DNA of 32,000 bases from Candidatus Hermodarchaeota archaeon (GTDB lineage: Archaea > Asgardarchaeota > Heimdallarchaeia > Hodarchaeales > Hodarchaeaceae): positions 48,526 to 80,525 of the forward strand of contig JBHLKY010000010.1 in NCBI GenBank assembly GCA_048886185.1, given 5' to 3'. A program made the translations under genes and the position numbers. Shown here in pieces: positions 26,042 through 32,000 of this stretch. The notes below the pieces were generated by a model. The model was not told the origin of the DNA, did not search any database, and saw only the letters and a list, made by a program, of their open reading frames with translations. Position 1 is the stretch's first letter, and each line of letters starts with the position of its first letter.

Positions 26042-27832
26042 TTGGGATACATGGGTAAATATTTGGATGTAAATCTCTCCACAGGAAAGATAATTGAGCC
26101 TAAGCTTAATATGCGTCTTGCAGAGAAGTTCATTGGGGGCAAGGGCCTTGGTGCAAAATTCCTTTTCGATACATTAAAGAGAGGAGTTGATCCATTATGC
26201 CCTGACAATATTTTACTTTACATGACGGGTCCTTTATCTGGTACATCTGTTCAAACTTCTGGTCGATGGTGCATTGTCACAAAATCTCCTCTTACAGGTA
26301 TTTACCTTGATAGTCAGATTGGGGGCAAATTTGGTCATCGCTTAAAACGTGCTGGCTATGATTTTATCATTTTTAGGGGAAAAGCCGAGTCTCCTAGCTA
26401 TTTAGAAATTTCCTCCGATAGAGTTGATATTCACCCAGCGGGGGATCTCTGGGGTAAAGGGACGTATCAAGTGGAAGAAGTTTTAAAGAAAAAGTATGAT
26501 ACTTCAGAAGTATGCACTATCGGGCCTGCAGGTGAAAATTTAGTAACTTTTGCTAATATTATGACTGATCGAACTCATATGGCTGGTAGAGGAGGTGCTG
26601 GAGCGGTCATGGGATCGAAGAATTTGAAAGCAGTCGTTGCTGGAGGAACCCATAAAATCGAAGCTGCGGATCCAGATAAGTTTCAAGTATTATCTAGAGC
26701 CTTTACAAAGAGAGTACGAGAAAATCCTGGTGTTAAACATCGACATGAGATTGGAACAGTCATGTGGGTCAAGATGGCAAATGATGGTGGATTTCTACCA
26801 ACAAGAAACTTTCAATCTGGAGTATTTGAGGGTGCTGATAAGATCTCTGGAGAAAGAATGCGTGATGAATACGTTGTAGGTCATACTGCATGTTATCGGT
26901 GCTTAATAGCATGTGGAAAGACGACTCGCTTCACTGAAGGTAAATATGCTGGTTTAGAGGTTGATGGCCCTGAATATGAAACAAGTGCCCTCATGGGAGC
27001 CAGTTGTGGAATCGATGACTTAGGTGCTATAGCGAAAGCCAATGAGATTTGTGACAACCTTGGAATTGATACCATCTCTGCTGGTGGAACAGTAGCTTTT
27101 GCAATGGAATGTAACAATAAGGGAATTCTAAACCAACAGGATATTGATAATTTAGATTTTGGTAATCCTGATGCACTACATAAGATGCTAAATTTAATTG
27201 CACATCGGGAAGGAATTGGAAAACTGTTTTCTAAGGGTTCAAGGGCTGCTGCCCAAAAATTAGGTCATAATAGCACTGATTTTGCAATTCAGGTTAAAAA
27301 TATGGAACTTGCAGGGGTTGAACCTCGTGGATCTTTTGGTATGGCATTAGCATATTCCACTTCGGATCGTGGAGGTTGTCACCAACGCTGTTGGACACCA
27401 GGAGCGGAACTTTCTGGTTCATTACCGCGATTTAGCTTTAATGGGGTGCCGAAGTTTGTAAAAGAGTCTCAAGATGAAAGAGCTGCATGCTTCTCTTTAG
27501 TTCTTTGTGACTTTCTTCCATTTAATGTTCCAGAAATGATCGAGATGCTTAATGCGGCCACGGGTTTTTCCTACACGCCTGAAACTTATTTAGAAACTGG
27601 TGAACGGATATGGAATCTTACTCGTTTAATTAATACATCCGAAGGAATGACCATCTTCAATGATGTTTTACCTGCCCGATTTTATCAAGAAAAAGTTCCT
27701 GATGGAGATGCTAGGGGTCAGAAGATTGATTTAACAACATTTGAGGAAGCCAAAACAGAGTATTATCAGTTAAGGGGGTGGGATCGTGAAGGGTTCCCAA
27801 CAAAAGAGAAATTAAAGGCCTTAGGATTGTGA
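26042..27832 (+). CDS. aor: Aldehyde:ferredoxin oxidoreductase family protein (W/Mo-pterin, 4Fe-4S)
   Basis: GYMGK.L.VNLS start, GGKGLG, AGRGGAGAVMGSKNLKAV, C-x2-C-x3-C (CYRCLIAC), GPEYET, CDNLGIDTIS, RGGCH, LCDF, YYQLRGWD.EG.P. The start is TTG 26042 or ATG 26051. Confidence 0.93.
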   Translation: MGYMGKYLDVNLSTGKIIEPKLNMRLAEKFIGGKGLGAKFLFDTLKRGVDPLCPDNILLYMTGPLSGTSVQTSGRWCIVTKSPLTGIYLDSQIGGKFGHRLKRAGYDFIIFRGKAESPSYLEISSDRVDIHPAGDLWGKGTYQVEEVLKKKYDTSEVCTIGPAGENLVTFANIMTDRTHMAGRGGAGAVMGSKNLKAVVAGGTHKIEAADPDKFQVLSRAFTKRVRENPGVKHRHEIGTVMWVKMANDGGFLPTRNFQSGVFEGADKISGERMRDEYVVGHTACYRCLIACGKTTRFTEGKYAGLEVDGPEYETSALMGASCGIDDLGAIAKANEICDNLGIDTISAGGTVAFAMECNNKGILNQQDIDNLDFGNPDALHKMLNLIAHREGIGKLFSKGSRAAAQKLGHNSTDFAIQVKNMELAGVEPRGSFGMALAYSTSDRGGCHQRCWTPGAELSGSLPRFSFNGVPKFVKESQDERAACFSLVLCDFLPFNVPEMIEMLNAATGFSYTPETYLETGERIWNLTRLINTSEGMTIFNDVLPARFYQEKVPDGDARGQKIDLTTFEEAKTEYYQLRGWDREGFPTKEKLKALGL

Positions 27833-27965
27833 TTTTTTCTACATAGAAGTTTAAAATTCCCCCCTTAATTAGAGAAAAATGATCTGAAAAACAACATCTG
27901 AGTTTTAGATTCAAGTGAATAACAAATTGTGTTATCTACTAGCAATTTAATCTTGGTGTGAAAAC

Positions 27966-29159
27966 ATGGCCAAGTTTGATATTAGTATTTTCGATGAAGT
28001 CATTGATCGTTCAAATACAGGATCTATTAAATGGGATCCCTTTTATTTAAAGATGATATTTGGGAAAGAGGATCTCCTCCCACTATGGGTAGCAGACATG
28101 GATTTTCGTGCTCCTCAACCTGTCATTGATGCACTTGTGGAGAGAGCAAAACACGGAATTTTTGGGTACACTGGGCCTGATCCCTCAAGATATTATAAGT
28201 CTGTAATAAATTGGTTTAAACGTCGACATAATTGGTTCTTAGATAAGGATTGGTTTATTTTCTCTCCAGGTATTGTTCAAGCGTGTACTTACTTAATTCA
28301 AAGGTTTTCCCAACCTGGGGATAAGATAATTATTCAAAATCCAGTCTATTATCCTTTTGCTGATATTATAAAGAACAATGGGAGGAGAATTGTCTCAAAC
28401 CAACTAGATTTAATTGATGGTCACTATCAAATGAACTTTGAAGACCTTGAAGCAAAAGCCAAAGACCCAAGATTAAAAGCTCTGATCCTTTGTAGTCCCC
28501 ATAACCCAGTTGGTAGGGTATGGTTAAAGGATGAATTAAATAGGTTAGGAGACATCTGTCTAGAAAATAACATCTTGGTTTTTTCAGACGAAATCCATTG
28601 CGATTTAATATTCCCAAATAATAAACACACAGTATTTGCGTCGATTTCTGAAGAGTTTGCTCAGTATTCTATCACCTGTACTGCAGGTAGTAAGACATTC
28701 AATTTAGCAGGTTTTCAACATTCTAATGTCATAATTCCAAATAAAAACTTAAGAAAAATTTTCAAAATTCAAATGGAAAACAATGCTCTCACTACTCCAA
28801 ATGTTTTTGGAGCTCTGGCCCTACAAGTAGCATATGACGAAGGAGAGGAATGGTTGGAGTCACTTATTCAAGTTCTTAAGCGTAATCTTGACTTTCTAAA
28901 ATCTTTCATCAAGGAAAATCTCCCTCAAATTTCTGTAATCGAACCTGAAGGAACCTACTTGGTTTGGTTAGATTTTCGAGAATTAGGTTTAGAGCATAAA
29001 GAATTAGAAAAAAAGATGTTAGAAGAGGCAAAATTGGCTTTGGATTCAGGATATAAATTTGGAGTAGGTGGTGAAGGTTTTGAAAGGATAAACATTGCCT
29101 GTCCAATTTCCATTCTGAGAGAATCTCTTGAACGAATCGCTCGTGTATTTTCCAATTAA
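27966..29159 (+). CDS. malY: MalY/PatB-family PLP-dependent C-S lyase (cystathionine beta-lyase-like)
   Basis: IDRSNTGSIKWD, LPLWVADMDF, HGIFGY, LCSPHNPVGRVW, SDEIHCD, SKTFNLAG, EGTYLVWLDF, GFERINIACP. Confidence 0.9.
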   Translation: MAKFDISIFDEVIDRSNTGSIKWDPFYLKMIFGKEDLLPLWVADMDFRAPQPVIDALVERAKHGIFGYTGPDPSRYYKSVINWFKRRHNWFLDKDWFIFSPGIVQACTYLIQRFSQPGDKIIIQNPVYYPFADIIKNNGRRIVSNQLDLIDGHYQMNFEDLEAKAKDPRLKALILCSPHNPVGRVWLKDELNRLGDICLENNILVFSDEIHCDLIFPNNKHTVFASISEEFAQYSITCTAGSKTFNLAGFQHSNVIIPNKNLRKIFKIQMENNALTTPNVFGALALQVAYDEGEEWLESLIQVLKRNLDFLKSFIKENLPQISVIEPEGTYLVWLDFRELGLEHKELEKKMLEEAKLALDSGYKFGVGGEGFERINIACPISILRESLERIARVFSN

Positions 29160-29171
29160 TGTCTCAGGGGT

Positions 29172-30587
29172 TTAGGTTTTTATTTTCCAGATGGAACTTT
29201 CTGGTTTATCCTCAATTTGAATTCCCATCTCCAATAGTTTAGCCCTTATCTGATCGGAAAGCTCATATTGTTTGACATCTCGTAATTTATCTCTTAAATC
29301 CACTATTAGATCCACTAAAGCAGAAATAGAAACCAAACCTTTTTGTTCCTCCTCCTTAAGCGAAATTCCGAGAATTCCAACAAGAGTTACTATCTTGTTC
29401 CTTGCATCTTCTAATATATGCTTCTCATTATCTAAGGATGCGTTCACCTTTTTAATAAATTGCATTATAGCCTGGAGAGCCCCAACAGTATTTAGATCGT
29501 CGTCCATTGCTAATATAAAGTCTTTCTCAACTTGGACTACTGACTCGCGTAGATCTGTTTTACTTCCTCCTGACGCTTGATCAATTGCCGCAATTGTGGT
29601 TCTGATCCGATCAAGAAGGACTTTTGTTTGAGTAAGTGCCTCACGATTGAAATCGACTCCCTTACGATAATGAGAATTGACCAAGAATAAACGTATTAAC
29701 ATCGGATCATACTCTCGAAGGAGATCGCGTACAAGGATGAAGTTACCTTTAGATTTCCCCATCCTTTCACCATCCACTGTCAGAAATGCAGCGTGCAACC
29801 AGTAGTTCACAAACTTCTTCCCTGTACGAGATTCAGACTGTGCTATCTCGTTTGGATGATGTAAATAAAGATGGTCTATTCCACCCCCATGAATGTCTAA
29901 AGTATCACCGAGGTACTTCTGAGACATAACACTACATTCAAGATGCCATCCTGGATACCCCAATCCCCAAGGAGAGGGCCATTTCATTAAATGCTCTGGT
30001 GGGGCGCGAATCCACAACGCAAAATCTTGTGGATTACGTTTTTCAGGATTTACAGCTATTCTAGCTCCTGCGGATTCATCGGAATAAGTCGAAGGACTAA
30101 GTTCTCCATATGTTGGAAATTTTGTAACATCATAATAGATTGAACCATTTACCTCGTACGCATATCCCTTTTCCAACAAATCTTTTACAAATTCAATCAT
30201 TTCAGGAATTTCTCCTGTAGCACGAGGGTAGATGTCAGATCGTTGAATATTGAGGGCATCCATATCTTCGAAAAATCTCCGAATTTGACTCTCCACTAAA
30301 ACCATAGGTTGAATTTCTTTTGCCTTAGCTGTTCGAATTATTTTATCTTCTCCACTGTCAGCGTCATCAGTTAAATGACCAACATCTGTGAAATTCTGAA
30401 CCCAAAAAACATTATAATTCCTCCAGCGGAGATACCGAACTAGGATATCCCAGTAGGAATAAGTTCTTGCGTTTCCAATATGAGCATCCTCATAAACTGT
30501 CTGACCACACGAGTAAAAATGGACTTTTTTATCCTCAATAGGGATAAATACTTCTTTCTCTTGCGTTAAAGAGTTATATAGCTTCAT
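29172..30587 (-). CDS. cysS: Cysteine--tRNA ligase (class I)
   Basis: MKLYNSLT, YSCGQTVY, HIGN, QNFTDVGH, DFALW, PGWHLECS, HHPNEIAQSE, RMGKSKGN (KMSKS variant), AMDDDLNT, IRAKLLEMGIQIED. ATG 30587 is preferred over TTG 30602. Confidence 0.96.
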   Translation of the reverse strand: MKLYNSLTQEKEVFIPIEDKKVHFYSCGQTVYEDAHIGNARTYSYWDILVRYLRWRNYNVFWVQNFTDVGHLTDDADSGEDKIIRTAKAKEIQPMVLVESQIRRFFEDMDALNIQRSDIYPRATGEIPEMIEFVKDLLEKGYAYEVNGSIYYDVTKFPTYGELSPSTYSDESAGARIAVNPEKRNPQDFALWIRAPPEHLMKWPSPWGLGYPGWHLECSVMSQKYLGDTLDIHGGGIDHLYLHHPNEIAQSESRTGKKFVNYWLHAAFLTVDGERMGKSKGNFILVRDLLREYDPMLIRLFLVNSHYRKGVDFNREALTQTKVLLDRIRTTIAAIDQASGGSKTDLRESVVQVEKDFILAMDDDLNTVGALQAIMQFIKKVNASLDNEKHILEDARNKIVTLVGILGISLKEEEQKGLVSISALVDLIVDLRDKLRDVKQYELSDQIRAKLLEMGIQIEDKPESSIWKIKT

Positions 30588-30763
30588 CCGGATTAATTCC
30601 AAGTATATATGTTAAATTCAGTTTCTAGCTCTAAAATGTTTTAATATTTATTTAATGTTTGAAAATTTAGAATAATCTAATAAGGATTTCAACTAAAATA
30701 TCCAAATATACTTACCCATAAATAGTTAATAATATTGGCACTAAGAGAAGTATTGTTTATCTT

Positions 30764-31582
30764 TTGAAATCTGATAATGAAGGAATGATGATGGATTTTT
30801 CAAAAACATGTTTTGATTGGGCATCATCATTCTACGATTACTCTCGCGCCGTTCCTGATGACTTAATTAATAAAATCAGTATAATCTTAAAGAAACATAT
30901 AGAAATATTATCTACTTCAAAAATTCTGGAAGTTGGTGTTGGAACAGGGAGAATTGCGATTCCACTTTCAAAAAAACTAAACATAACAACAATTGGAGTT
31001 GATATCTCTTATAAAATGCTACAGAAATGTCACACGAAAATAAAATCTTCTAATTCACTTCAATTGCTTCTTGCTGATGCTCTTTCATTACCTTTCTCAA
31101 ATACTCAATTTGATGTAATTCTTACTTGTCATCTACTCCATCTTTTACCAAACATTTTCGATTTCATAAAAAATTTAAAACCAATATTAGTTCGACACGG
31201 ATATTTTATTAATTTAGAAGCATACATTAATTTTCATCAGACTATTCCTTTTGTGATTTATTATGGAAAACTGGCTGAAAATGGATTTCATCATATCTTC
31301 AGAGGGGATATCGTTCGACGAAGCCTTATCATTTACTTAACTAGAAAAGGGTGGAGTCATACTCAGTATGTAGTTGAAAGTAATAGATATATTCTAATGA
31401 ATGATCTTGTGCGTTTCATTCGTGAGCGTGTTTTTTCACATCAGCGAGCTATTGCAGATGATCTTCATCTACGTTCGTTAGAATATCTCAATATGGAAAT
31501 CGAAAGAAAAATTATTGATTTATCAGAAGAAGTAATTGTACCTGCTACCTCTCGTATCAATATATTTCAGTGCCCTAATTAG
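30764..31582 (+). CDS. Class I SAM-dependent methyltransferase
   Basis: Motif I ILEVGVGTGRIA, GVDISYKML, ADALSLPFSNTQFDVI. The start is uncertain (TTG 30764 or a downstream ATG). Confidence 0.88.
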   Translation: MKSDNEGMMMDFSKTCFDWASSFYDYSRAVPDDLINKISIILKKHIEILSTSKILEVGVGTGRIAIPLSKKLNITTIGVDISYKMLQKCHTKIKSSNSLQLLLADALSLPFSNTQFDVILTCHLLHLLPNIFDFIKNLKPILVRHGYFINLEAYINFHQTIPFVIYYGKLAENGFHHIFRGDIVRRSLIIYLTRKGWSHTQYVVESNRYILMNDLVRFIRERVFSHQRAIADDLHLRSLEYLNMEIERKIIDLSEEVIVPATSRINIFQCPN

Positions 31583-31614
31583 CGAAGAAGTGAAGTACAA
31601 GGAGCCAAACTACT

Positions 31615-32000
31615 ATGGATAATGAAAATTTGGATAGTTTATTCCCAGAGGAAAAGACGGAAAAAACCTCAACAGAACCAATTTTAGTGACCGAATTTGA
31701 TCCCGAACGTCGTGAGTTAGCAATTGCTTATACGCGTACTTCTCGTCGTTACAGTGTTCGATTAATGATTATCTCTTTCATAATCTCTCTATGTGTTCTT
31801 CTTACAAGAATTTCTGTATTCTTTCAAAACTTACTCAAGGAATTCACCCTATCGGATCCTTTCATTCTCACTGGTATTTTTTTCATTATTGGTTTTCTAA
31901 TAGTAAACGTTGCAGAGCTACCTGTATCTTTTTACCTACACTCTAGATTGTCCCGTAAATATGGTTTATCTAAATTAACAAACAAGAAGTGGTTTTGGCG
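31615..32000 (+). CDS. Probable M48/Ste24 (CAAX prenyl protease-like) zinc metalloprotease, 5' part, running off the window; not in the ORF track
   Basis: My translation from ATG 31615 stays open to the window end: MDNENLDSLFPEEK...ELAIAYTRTSRRY...(two TM)...LPVSFYLHSRLSRKYGLSKLTNKKWFW. The LP..Y....L...YGLS..T...W motif matches the Ste24 N-terminal domain. The HExxH site is outside the window. Confidence 0.65.
   Translation, partial: MDNENLDSLFPEEKTEKTSTEPILVTEFDPERRELAIAYTRTSRRYSVRLMIISFIISLCVLLTRISVFFQNLLKEFTLSDPFILTGIFFIIGFLIVNVAELPVSFYLHSRLSRKYGLSKLTNKKWFW

Noticed and set aside
104-29580. Short alternative-frame or antisense ORFs in the track (e.g. 104..295, 2202..2387, 5089..5313, 6777..7073, 8124..8522, 8781..9068, 11776..12327, 15245..15532, 16814..17059, 26017..26208, 27711..27914, 29272..29580)
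   Set aside because: They overlap well-supported genes, have no motifs and show shadow-ORF composition.
31565-31582. Methyltransferase C-terminus (FQCPN) as a CAAX substrate of the adjacent Ste24-like protease
   Set aside because: The Cys is at position -3, not -4, and the following residues are not aliphatic.
1-32000. CRISPR arrays, tRNA/rRNA, transposases or integrases, and Sec/Pyl readthrough
   Set aside because: I saw no spaced direct repeats, cloverleafs, recombinase motifs or interrupted genes. All intergenic gaps are under 450 nt.

Overview
AT-rich, gene-dense archaeal DNA. PGF-CTERM anchors, GGTGA/GAGGT Shine-Dalgarno sites, oligo-T terminators, zinc-ribbon fusions and many N-glycosylation sequons fit an Asgard archaeon, possibly Heimdallarchaeia (inference only). 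The first 22 kb is a surface and transport region. It holds two Dpp/Opp-type ABC operons with no solute-binding gene, a standalone circularly permuted PGF-anchored family-5 binding protein, a MacB/LolCDE-type ABC system with two ATPases, a second PGF-anchored secreted protein and small membrane or regulatory genes. A tightly coupled operon follows: unknown ~428-aa enzyme-like protein, PLP aminotransferase, homoserine dehydrogenase and aldehyde:ferredoxin oxidoreductase. The window ends with MalY/PatB, cysS, a SAM methyltransferase and the 5' part of a Ste24-like protease. The best novelty candidates are that operon (a possible undescribed homoserine/aspartate-semialdehyde pathway), an FKBP-TM-C4C4 RING-like membrane protein, an ABC ATPase with an inserted transmembrane hairpin, the permuted binding protein, and a DppC with a ~250-aa extracellular insertion. 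I saw no rRNA, tRNA, CRISPR array or mobile element. All family calls come from motif recognition by eye; no searches were run.
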